A stretch of 64,000 nucleotides of DNA. Source: Sphaerodactylus townsendi (lineage: Eukaryota). Location: contig NC_059440.1 in NCBI RefSeq assembly GCF_021028975.2, positions 22,816,001-22,880,000 on the forward strand, read 5' to 3'. The notes under the pieces are model-generated. The model was not told where the DNA came from. It searched no databases and was given only the letters and a program-made list of their open reading frames with translations. The position numbers and the translations under genes are program-made. Of the stretch, positions 27,556-38,520 are shown piece by piece (position 1 is the stretch's first letter; each line of letters opens with the position of its first letter).

Positions 27556-29078
27556 AACTTACAGTAGTATCTTCATGTTCCACTAAAAGCATTCACCTGG
27601 CCAAGCGTCTCTTTCTTTTGCAAACCTAGATATGTTTTAGAAGCAGCTTTCAAGAGATGAGTTGTTTTAGGTGCTGGTTAGGTTCACTCTCAGAAATTAT
27701 CTCTGTGCCTTCTGTGTTTGGCTTTCAAGCAGGCTGGGTGATTTGTTTCTTACTGCTGCGTTGGAACCAGAATCTCACTGTTTATTTCCTTTTCAAGGTA
27801 AAGCCATCTTGTAAGACGTCTTTGTAGCAGGGGTGAAGATGGAGTTCTGTAGATGTGCTTTATTTCAATTTATTTTCATGAACGAAAAACCCTCCAAAGA
27901 GTCAGAGATCTCTTAGACATCTGAGTTTTGTCAATTCGTTTTGGTTCCAGTTACACACCAGGATTTTCCCCAGGACGTGTTTCCAAAGAATTGAGAGCCT
28001 GTTGAGCCGTACCCCATGTTTGATTTGATCAGCGTCCTGCGTGCAAGTTAATACCTTTCATAAAGTGAATCTCACCTTCCAAAATGCAGACCCTGCCTGA
28101 ATTAGTGGATCTGCTGGCTTAGAAAGGATTGTTAGCAGCCAACGTGCTCATAAGTAGGTGCCGCATTCCAGTCCCAGCTCATGAATAGAGACCACTGACT
28201 AGGAAGGTTCCTTCCAACCGAAAAAGGGTTCTTCCTAGTCAGCCAGTTTGCACCCTGAAAAGAAAAAAGGACTGCAACGGCTGAAGGAAACATGAGAGGC
28301 AGAAGTCAGCTGGTCTACTTTTGAGTCATGGTTTTGCTTCATATAAAACTGACTGGGCTGTTCATTCAGTCTGTTTTTCGCAGGTGTGAGTGGCACACCC
28401 CCAAGGGATGGAAGGGGAAGTAGCTGTGGACGAGGAGTGGGACTAGCTTCATCACTCCTGGCTTTTGAAAAGAGAAACAGCTTGGTGCACTCATTGAGTG
28501 GTTAATATTTTTCGTCCATTTATATTTCTGAACGGAGCCCTTAGAGACATCAGAAATAACAAAAATGTTGAGCAGCCAAGAAAACCCAAGTTGCTCCACC
28601 CAGTTTCTGGGATGTAACACTGAGCGTTTGTCTTTCATGCACATGGGGAGTCAGTTGTGTTCTTCGAGGGGGGCATGTTGGCCCTTGGGATCCGTCCCAT
28701 TTCAGCTGACAGCAGGAACAGATGCTTCAGAAGGGCTACAAGGGAAGAGGCAGAAAGAAAGAAACTGAGCCAGCGTTTGGCAGAGAATATTTCGCTAACC
28801 TTTGGCATTACTCCAAGCTAAAAGCATCATTTCTCATCTGGAGAGGATATCAAGGTGTTGATGTTCTACAGATGAGTTGCTTTGAGTTTTTAATTTAGCC
28901 CTCCAGGGATAGGGCGGTATAGCAAGTTTAATAAATAATAATAATAATAATAATTATTATTAGCCAGCAGGGAGTGTTTCTGACCACAATCTTATTAGAG
29001 CAGACTTTGTAGCTCATGAACTGTGAAGTGTGGTATGGTTAGTTATTGGGGAAGTTAATTATTTCAGCCTTTTGGCTC

Positions 29079-29084
29079 AATAAA
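29079..29084 (+). terminator. Probable PINK1 polyadenylation signal AATAAA
   Basis: AATAAA followed by GT/T-rich sequence about 1.5 kb after the stop codon. Confidence 0.55.
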
Positions 29085-30968
29085 ATGTTGTCTTTCTGTT
29101 GCACTTGAGAGAATTTGAGCACTCGGTTCTGTTTTGGAATTAGAAATTTGTATCCTGAAGAAGAGCGATTTCTGGGGCACACCCTAGATGGAGCCACATC
29201 TCTAATCCACTTGGTCATAGACCGTCTTCTTCAGTAAATGGAGGACTGCCATAGACAGGGCAACAAAGAAAGGACTGGGAATTCAGTGACTTCCTGATGG
29301 AAAGTTCTAGAAGATTACTTCAGCTTTCTGTATTTTCCCATCTAAGATTTGTTAATGTGAAAAGCATGGAAGTTGAATTTTCCTTTGCATTGTTTTATTC
29401 AAACGCTTTGTGTGTTTCATTCGGAACTTTTTGCTTCCATAAAGACCATCCTCCGCAAATAAATAACTTCCTTAAGTTATTCCATACTCCTTTAGGTATA
29501 GTAATGAGGGAAGATCATTTAAGCATTGACAAATCTATCCGGAACCAAGAGGAATTTTGTGGCAGCAGAACTGGGCCGATCAAGGGATGGAGGCTGATGT
29601 TTGCCATTCCACTTTGGGGAGAAAGGATGTCACCCTGGCTTTAAAAGAGAACAAGAAATAAAAGAGTTTCACTAGTCACTAGGAATTAAAAATAAAACCA
29701 AGACCAAATGGACCAAAACAAAGCAAATATGTATTTTATTACTCAGTTGCAATTCCTTGCACATTTCACCCAAGAAGTTTCTGTGAGGGCATCTGTTAGT
29801 CTTGCAGCGATTCTCCATCAAGAGTATAAGATCAATAGCTACTTCTTTTTAATCTGCAGCCGCTGCATCACAAATTATAACTTATTTCTTTTGCTTGTTC
29901 AGGATTCTCAGGGCAAACCAGTACTTCAGGTTGCGGGTCACTGGTTCCACTGGGCCCACCTAAACTGTGACCTTATGGTTCATGGGAAGGGTCTGTTTTG
30001 GAGCTTCCATAGAGATGTTTCCAGTTGCTGGTAGCCTAATGTAAATGTTTGCACACACATCAGTTTCAGTTCTGGAGGACAGAATTCAGCTTCCTGAGAA
30101 TGTCAGCTTTCATTGAAAATGAAGTTATTAATGCAAGAACTGAAAACTCTGGCCTATGCCTGATGAGAAGACAGGAACAAATCAAGATTTCTAGTGGGTT
30201 TTTTTTGTATAGTGTTACTGATCTCTTACTCATCTCTGCCCATCCTCAAGACCAGCAAAAGGAAGATAAACTTATCCAGGCTCAGGAGACATCTGAAGTC
30301 CTGATTTTTGTTATAAACATGGCAGAATTCAGATTACTTTGGCCATGGTCTTCGCTCAAGAGCCAAGCTGTAAATCGAACCCAGCTCGTCTTGGCTGTTT
30401 GGCACCAAACTCAGACATCAAGCTGAGCAATCGCTGTACCTGCACAGAAGGTGAAATTGATTTCCCCCATGGCCACATCATGGATGTACAAGTCAGTTAA
30501 TTAAATGCAAGCTACAGTTGCAAAAAAATTAAGCAGTAGGTGTTGGCTGAGGATGGGTGGGGAGAAGTAGGCAATGGAGTGGATTGGAGCAAAGCAGAAC
30601 AACAGCGGAATTAGGGGCTGGCGGGAGGGTGGATTTCCTGGTAAATCTTTATGCAGTCCCCCTTCCCACTATCCTACAGACAGCATAATTATAGTAAATA
30701 ATTAACACTGGCCAAGGTAGAAGCAGAGTTCTCATGGTGCTGTGCCAGACTGTTTGTGTGCAAATAGCTGCAGATTTAGGCAAATCCACAGTTGTTACCA
30801 TGGAATAGACCCAATTGAACAATATTTTCAATTAAAGTTCCTTCCTGTTCTTTTTTAGGCTGGGGGGGAAAGGCTTTGAGACCAGTGGCACCTTTAAGGC
30901 CAGCACAGTTTTATTCTCGGTATAAGCTTTTGTATACATGCAAACAAACAAAATAAACACCCACAGGA

Positions 30969-31264
30969 GAGCCAGTAGTGGTGTAGTGGTTAAGAGCAGG
31001 TGGATCCTAATTTTGAGAACCAGGTTTGATTCCATACTCCTCCACATGAGTGGCGGAGGCTTATCTGGTGAACCAGATGTGTTTCTGCACTCCTACGTTT
31101 CTGCTGGGTGACCTTGGGCTAGTCACAGTTCTCCAGAGCTCTCTCAGCCTCACCTACCTCACAAGCTGTCTGTTGTGGGGAGAGGAAGGGAAAGGAGCTT
31201 GTAAACCACCTTAAGTCTCCTTACAGGTGGGGTATAAATCTAAACTACTACTACTCTCTTCTTC
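30969..31264 (+). mobile_element. Squam3-type SINE
   Basis: tggtgtagtggttaagagc head, CORE and CTT tail. Confidence 0.8.
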
Positions 31265-31640
31265 TGAAACTTGGCTGGACTTAAAGGTGCCACTCTAACT
31301 TTGTCCTGATGCTTCATCCCAACAAAGCTACCCACCTGAATCTATTTTCTTGGGGGGAAATATGTCTAGAGGAGTTTCAGAAGGGAATCGTAAAGAAGAA
31401 AAAACAAACAATCCGTGCTTAACAGCCGGAAATCCTGGAGTTGGAAGTCCTAGTATAAAACTTTTTTTTTCTTTTGGCATACAAAGGTTTTGCCCTTTGA
31501 ACTTGCCAAGGAGGAGAGAAGCAAGAATAGGCAGTGCTGGATTGGCTGGGCAGCATTTCCCACCTGGGACAGATGCCAGTGCATTTATACCTGACAACCA
31601 GACACTGCTTCACTTCATGATTGTATTACCACCCCGCAGA

Positions 31641-32044
31641 ATGGAGGCTCTCTGTTTCTCTGGGTGCAAAGTCCAGTTTCTGGCTCTGGTTTGCAAAAAT
31701 ACCTCCTTTTTTGGCATTCGGAGGCTCTCTGGAATGTGCCTGATTGGCAAATTGACCTGCAGCCATACCAGCCTGCAAGTCCGGGTTGCGGCTGGTTCAG
31801 CCCGGCCTGCCTCCCTTCTCGGTGCTCTCAGCAGCTCTGGTTCAAAAAGCTTCTCCTCTGGGAGGTTTGCCCAACAGTGTTTTTACTCTGACTTCAACGT
31901 ACCTCCCAGTGCTGAATTTGTGGCTCGGCCTGTGGGGATATGTTCTCTCTTCAAACTGCCCATCCGGACCTCAGCGGAGGGTCTCGATGCTGCTTTTGTG
32001 GGAATCCCCCTTGATACTGGCACTTCCAATCGTCCTGGGGCCAG
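31641..32044 (+). CDS. AGMAT: AGMAT coding exon 1
   Basis: Ser/Arg-rich leader then [18 protein letters not shown]...TSNRPGA; donor AG|gtaagc; acceptor cccgcag directly before AATG. Confidence 0.88.
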
Positions 32045-35000
32045 GTAAGCATGGGTGTGCGTGTATTCTGGGCAAAGGGACATTCATGTTTGCTCAGAGA
32101 GCTGTGAACTCTGGGTTCCAGTGTGTGCTCCCCTGCTGAATCCACAGCAGAAAACACCTGTAAACAAGTGCTTGAATCCAGCAGGACAGATCTGCATGAT
32201 TTCATATGTGCAGGTAATATGAAGAAGAGAAGAAGAGTTGTGGATTTATATCCCACCTTTCTGTCCTGTAAGGAGACTCAAGGTGGCCGACAAGCTCCTT
32301 TCCCTCCCTCTTGATAGGCACAGGGCAAGGCACTGTCCACAGAGTAAAGGCTCTGACCGGTTACAAAAATAACCACCCACAAGCTTCTTCAGTGTTCAGA
32401 GATTTATTGTTTCAATTCTGCGCAGAAGAGGGAACTCTCCTCTGTTAGCAACAGGGAGGAGGTTCAAAGGGGCTGTTGCTTGTGTAACATAATTTATACC
32501 CTCTTACAAACATCCCTCCTTGTCTTCTGACCATTGGCTAGATTTGGAATACGTACACATTTCCATTTGAATCTCCACTCCTCTCCAAAGCCCACCTTGC
32601 TTTCTACAATTGGGCGTGTATTCTCTATGTCATCTTGCCCCGTTCAGAGATCTCGGTTGCTATAGTACTTCACCCTTATCTCTGTGTTTGTGAGCTTCTG
32701 CTAATTCCTTATCTCCTTGGTGGGGCCCTGTTTTCCCAAATCAAAGCTCAGTGTCAGGCTGCTCTATGAGTTTCGTTTCTTCCAACGAAAGTAAGTTTTT
32801 GAAGTGATTGGTACCCAGTGAATTACACTCATATAACTTATATGATTAAATACAATGGCTTAAAACATTATAAACTATATGTTCATATCACTCTCCCCAC
32901 ACAACAGACACCTTGTGAGGTAGGTGGGGCTAGGAGAGTTCCGAAGAACTGTGACTGACCCAAGGTCACTCAGCAGGAACGTAGGAGTGCGGAAACGAAT
33001 CTGGTTCACCAGGTAGGCCTCTGCCACTCAGGTGGAGGAGTGGGGAATCAAACCCGATTCTCCAGATTAGAATCCACCTGCTCTTAACCACTACACCACA
33101 CTGGCTCTCTGAGTGTGGATCTGTGCCGTGGCCTTCCCCAAATCAGCAGGATGCAACAATTCAATGTGGCTGGAAGAGCTCATCCCATTTGTGAGTTATT
33201 TATTTCACATGGCCTGAGATGACAGAAGTCTGCAGCCCACGGCTCTAAAGAACCAAATACGGCTCTTTGAAAAGAAAGTGGAATGTCTTCATTTAGGCAT
33301 ATTGGAGAGGAAGATGAGATGCTATAATAACCAATAACGGCTATTTACCCCACTAAAGAAACTACATGAAGTGATGGCTTATGTGTGCCTTTTCCACAGG
33401 AAGACCAAACCTGGGGCATCGACCCTGCAATCGCATGCTTCCAGAGTCAGGTATCACAAGCAATTGAGCTGTTTTTCTTCCAGGTTTGGTCCTCGGCACA
33501 TCAGAGCTGAATCAGTGATGGTGAGGAGATTTAACCCAAGCACCAGAACGGATCCTTATCATTCGCTCGTAGTCGCTGATATTGGGGATGTGGACGTCAA
33601 CCTGTATGACTTGAAGGACAGCTGCGGGCGAATCCGAAAAGCCTTCCAGACGATCGTGGCAAATGGCTGCTTCCCCCTCACGATGGGTACGGATGCTGGC
33701 CAGAAATTGATTGGAAAGCAGTCTGGATACCTTGGGGACAAAACTGCCCGATTTAACAAGGACGCCATTCGAGTGGCCAACCAATTTATTTCCAGACAAC
33801 AGAGATCAGTTTCCCTGGAGAAAATGGCCGCTTTGGGGGGGGGGGAGGTGTCTGTGGCAGTGTACCACGCTGGGGTCCCTCTTCTCCCCCCCCCAAACCC
33901 ACCATCCTCAGGCTCCACCCTGTCCCCCAAATTTCTAATAGTTTCCCAACCCAAAGTTGGGAACACCCAACCCAAACCCTAGCAGAGCTGAATAAATAAT
34001 CTATATTTGATTAGCTCAAATCAGTGCGAATATGAAGGGTTTTTTAAATGTTCAGATCCAAAACAGATGTGACATCTAATTCTTGGCCACCTCAAGGACA
34101 TGGGGTCAATCACAGCTGCGGTGTCCCCATGGGGTGCCAAACGGGTCAGGTTTGTATTGAGACAATGGCATAAAGGGAGAAGGGAGTTCCGCTGACCCGG
34201 CACCGTTTTCCTGAGTCGAAACAGCAGCCAGCTGTACTCTTACTCCTTTGACTTGGGGTCTCTGTTGCCAGCAAAACAAGAATGCTGCCATAAGCAAGCC
34301 AAAACAAGAATGCTACCATAAGCTGTCCAGGAAGAGAGGCCTTGCTTGAGAGACTAGCATTTTCATGCCATCTGTTCCCTTGCAGGTGGAGACCACACAA
34401 TAACGTACCCCATTCTTCAGGCCGTTGCAGAAAAGTGAGTCACAATGAGGGGCAGCCACTGTGTAGCTGTGGGCTTGAGATGCTCTGCGTTGCACGCCAA
34501 GGGGTGTGTGTGTGTGACATCTAATGTTTGCAAGCAGGAAACCCAGGGACTGAACCAACATATTGTATGTGTTCAGAGACTCAAGGTTGTTCAGTTGTGT
34601 GTTGCTATCTACTGCCGTCCCCTAGAAATTGAGTGTTATTCAGGAGTGGAATGAAGTTCAGTGGCTCGCTGTCTCTTACACGCCTGTGGCATCTCTTTCA
34701 CCTTCTCTTAGGCATGGTCCTGTGGGGCTGGTGCATGTGGATGCCCACACAGACACGGGAGACCAAGCATTAGGAGAAAAGATCTACCATGGGACGCCGT
34801 TCCGGCGCTGCGTGGATGAAGGGCTCCTGGACTGCAAACGAGTTGCTCAGATTGGGATCCGAGGCTCCTCCTACTCACAAGATCCTTATCAATATTGCTG
34901 GGATCAGGTACCTGTCTCAGATCTTCCAGTTGAGACTGTCCTTAGCGCACTTATGTGCAGACTTATTTGAGGTGCCATCTGTTGGTGCTTAACCTTGCTG

Positions 35001-37776
35001 CAGCTCAGTGAGGCTCATTTTGAACTATTGATTATTTTGAACTATTAAGTCTACTATCATAACAAAAGTTATACTGAAGGTTAAATTCATGTTTAGGGGA
35101 AGCGAACTTTGCAGTGAAGGATGCAGATTCCAGGAGCCAACCATTAGGGGTGCCAGCTCAGGTTTGGGAAATATCTGGAGGTTTGGGGAGAGGGAAGAGG
35201 GCAGAGTTTGAGAAGGGGAGGGACCAAACGGATATAATGCCATGGAGTCCACTTTCCAAAGCCTCCATTTTCTCCAGGTGAAGTGGTCATGGTCACTTAG
35301 GCAGCAGTTGTAATCTCAGGCAATCTGCAGCCACCAACTGGAGTATGGCAACTCTACCCACGATCCTAGATGGGGAGAAAGCTTCCCTGCAATAAGCACA
35401 TACAACACCTATTTCTGCCATAGCCTTCTGAGTAGGGATCATGTGCCAAATCTCATCCGCTGTGGGAAGAAATGGCAATTAACAGATGCTACAAGGAAGA
35501 GAGGGAAGACCTCATCCCTAAGACGCCAGATGGCCCTGAAGTTTCACTTCAAAAACTTTCGCTTTCTCTCTCTGAGAATATGCTACTGTTGCCAAAGCAG
35601 CCAAACTAACTAATCTTGTCAATCGATGCTCGAAACATGAATCTGATGAGAAATGGAATTCTTATTTTTTATATGTATCTGAATTGATTGTGTAAATATT
35701 AAGATAATTCAAGCATTAGAAATTAATAGTATCTTATAATTTGAGGAGCAAAATGTCAGGAAGGGTCTTCCTGACATCAAAGGGGTCTCTGTCACGTTAA
35801 TGGATCTTTGTTTCCCTTTCTCACCTTTCCTTACTTTGTAACGTCCAGAGTTTGGCATTTGTTTACAGATCCAGGGCTTGACACAAAAATACTTTGGGCA
35901 AACAAATGACAAAGATTAGAAGATTTTATAAGGTCTCTCCAGTAATCAGAAAATGTTATACTGGGATTCCATTATGTAATATGTACTTAATATAATGGTT
36001 GTGCCGTAGCGTTTACTACTTTCTATTACTTTCTTTTTCCTTCTTCAGACCTGTTTAATATTTATTGGAAAATAATTTAAAATTTTTTGTAAAGCTTTCT
36101 CTTTCTCATCAGGGCTTCCGAATAGTCTTAGCAGAAGACTGCTGGATGAAGTCGCTGGTTCCTTTGATGGCGGAAGTGAGGGAGCAAATGGGAGACGGGC
36201 CTGTCTACATCAGCTTTGATATCGACGGAATCGATCCTGCCTATGCTCCAGGCACTGGGACCCCAGAAATTGCCGGCCTTACTCCTGCCCAGGTAAAAGA
36301 GAGACTGCCGTTGCAAATTGATAAGCAGGACATCCTCTGTATAAAAGGAACATCTCAAGGAGGAGAGGAGTTTGGATTTATACCTCACCTTTCTATCCTG
36401 TAAGGAGACACAAGGTGGCTTACAAGCTCCTTTCCCTCCTCTCCCCACAACAGCCCTCTTGTGAGGTAGGTGGAGCTGAGAGTTCAGAGAGAACTGTCAC
36501 TAGCCCAAGGTCAACCAGGAGGAATGAAGGAGTGTGAAAACACATCTGGTTCACAAGATAAGCTTCTGCCACTCAGGTGGAGGAGTGGTTCTCCAGATTA
36601 GAATCCACCTGCTCTTAACCACTACACCAGATGTTGTTGAGGTTGCCTTCACAACTTTGAGACTAGACCACCACTGCTACCACCTCCTGTCCCTTCCCAA
36701 TTTGATAACTTGTCTTCTGTTCCTTTCAAAATAGGCACTGGAGATCATTCGAGGCTGCCGAGGACTTAATATCATTGGTTGTGATCTTGTTGAAGTGGCT
36801 CCCATGTATGATCTTACTGGTGAGTGGATGGGTCAGAGTATTCTTCAGTTTCTCCCAACATAAGCATGTCACATATAAAATGTCCCCTCCTTCCCGCAGT
36901 AGATATTTATAGATATTTATTACGGCCTTTTGGCCAGCCAGTCCTTGATTGTGAGGGCGATCTAGCNNNNNNNNNNNNNNNNNNNNNNNNNNNNNNNNNN
37001 NNNNNNNNNNNNNNNNNNNNNNNNNNNNNNNNNNNNNNNNNNNNNNNNNNNNNNNNNNNNNNNNNNNNNNNNNNNNNNNNNNNNNNNNNNNNNNNNGACC
37101 ATCCCAGATAGAAGGAGTGTACCGTTCTTCGGTCAAGGGTATACGATAGCTGCGCTCCCCTGCTAGAACCTCCAAACAAGCTCAAGGTCCTTCCCGCAAT
37201 CTTTGTGGTAGCACTAAGGGTGCTCAGTCAACACACTGAACTAGAACTTTAAAGGTAAACCGTTCCCCCAGTGATGATCCCTTGCTCCACCCACTTAGCA
37301 CCAATGTTGGTGTTTTAAAATGCCATTTTGCTTCTATAAGCAAGCAGTTAAATGCTCTAAATCCAGTTTATTGGGGAGGGGGGAATGTCTCTCTTTCAAA
37401 GTCTTGCAGCTCTGAGTGGTAAGCTGCAGGAGTGCAGTCAAAGCTCTGCTCACACCCTGAGTTCAATCCCGACGGAAGTCAGTTTCAGGTAGCCAGTCCA
37501 AGGTTGACTCAGCCTTCCATTCCTCAAAGATTGGTAAAATACGTACCCAGCTTGCTGGAGTTAAAGTGTAGATGGTTGGGGAGGCATTGGCAAAATAAAT
37601 ATAGTCTGCCCAGTAAATGTTGTGATGTGATGTAACCTCATGGGTCATAATGACCCAGTGCTCACACAGGCTTTACCTTTTTCTTTCTATCTCTGCTCAA
37701 AGGTAACACAGCTCTCTTGGGAGCCAATCTGCTCTTCGAAATGTTGTGCGCCCTCCCTGGAGTGAAGTCGACATGA
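31641..37776 (+). CDS. AGMAT: Agmatinase / guanidino acid hydrolase (ureohydrolase), whole gene: join(31641..32044,33484..33686,34386..34434,34712..34907,36113..36292,36735..36819,37703..37776), about 396 aa
   Basis: Ureohydrolase motifs [52 protein letters not shown]; GT-AG introns in frame; start codon uncertain (31641 or 31734). Confidence 0.96.
32221..33107 (-). mobile_element. Squam3-type SINE split by a solo LTR
   Basis: SINE halves 32221-32311 and 32891-33107 join collinearly once the insert is removed. Confidence 0.8.
32312..32890 (-). mobile_element. Solo ERV LTR, 579 bp
   Basis: TGATA...TATCA termini, 4-bp TSD CTCT, minus-strand CCAAT, TATAAA and AATAAA in U3-R-U5 order. Confidence 0.85.
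33484..33686 (+). CDS. AGMAT: AGMAT coding exon 2
   Basis: [18 protein letters not shown]...GCFPLTM; donor G|gtacgg. Confidence 0.95.
34386..34434 (+). CDS. AGMAT: AGMAT coding exon 3
   Basis: [16 protein letters not shown]; donor AA|gtgagt. Confidence 0.95.
34712..34907 (+). CDS. AGMAT: AGMAT coding exon 4
   Basis: [14 protein letters not shown]...QIGIRGS...WDQ; donor CAG|gtacct. Confidence 0.95.
36113..36292 (+). CDS. AGMAT: AGMAT coding exon 5
   Basis: [15 protein letters not shown]...[27 protein letters not shown]. Confidence 0.96.
36361..36630 (-). mobile_element. Squam3-type SINE
   Basis: Family motifs. Confidence 0.75.
36735..36819 (+). CDS. AGMAT: AGMAT coding exon 6
   Basis: [28 protein letters not shown]; donor G|gtgagt. 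Confidence 0.95.
36967..37096. other. Assembly gap (130 N) in AGMAT intron 6
   Basis: Run of N. Confidence 0.99.
37405..37682 (+). mobile_element. Sauria SINE
   Basis: tRNA-like head, aaggttgactcagccttccat core and (ACCTTT)-type tail. Confidence 0.8.
37703..37776 (+). CDS. AGMAT: AGMAT coding exon 7 (last)
   Basis: [24 protein letters not shown]. Confidence 0.95.
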
Positions 37777-38504
37777 GTCATTCCAAAGAAGTTTCTCATT
37801 CATGTAGAGGATGCTGCCAGCATCCAGGTAGACATCTGCAGGGTAGCTGACCTTAGAACATCTCCTGATCCTTGTAACTTTCCTTTTGATAACAGCCGCC
37901 TCTTCAGACATCTATGACGTAAGCCCTGACAATCTCAGCTTTTCACAATGTGACTGTTTCTAGTCCTCATTGTTGCAGAGAGAGAAAAAAAAGTTGTGAG
38001 CAGCTAGCCTTGAGAAACCAGGTCTGGAGATCTCCAACAATTGCAACTTATCTCAAAGCTATTTTGGAGGGTGGACCATATGGCAATTATGTCACACAGA
38101 ACTCCCTCCCTAAATTCCACTCTACAACAGCGGCAGGAATTTAGTTGGCAACCCTAATTTCATTTAGTGGCAACCAGCCGTCCCATACTTGGGGCCAGCT
38201 GCAGAGCCAATCAAGTTTCCTCAACACAGAATGTAGTATTTTGCACAGCAAGCAATCATGAAAGCGTAGATGAGTCTGGTTTGTTTCCGAACATGCAGGA
38301 AATGAGAAAGGAGGCAAAGAAATGCATTACTGCAAAAGGGAACAGGGGAAAAGATCAGTGGTGTCCTACGAGGATTCTTTGCTCCCCACTCAGGAAATTT
38401 AGTTTGGAGGTCGCAGTGGGTCAACGGCTGGCAAAAACTTCACAGGCCCGAGCACCAGGATCACCAGCGTCATTGTAAAACTCCACACCACCACGTGGTC
38501 ACAC

Positions 38505-38520
38505 ATTAAAATAGTTTATT
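38505..38520. terminator. Opposed polyA signals: ATTAAA (+, AGMAT) and AATAAA (-, DNAJC16)
   Basis: ATTAAA 38505-38510 and TTTATT 38515-38520 between the convergent stop codons. Confidence 0.55.

Noticed and set aside
31350-31640. In-frame open region upstream of the AGMAT ATG
   Set aside because: Contains a degenerate repeat and an acceptor just before 31641; more likely intron than coding.
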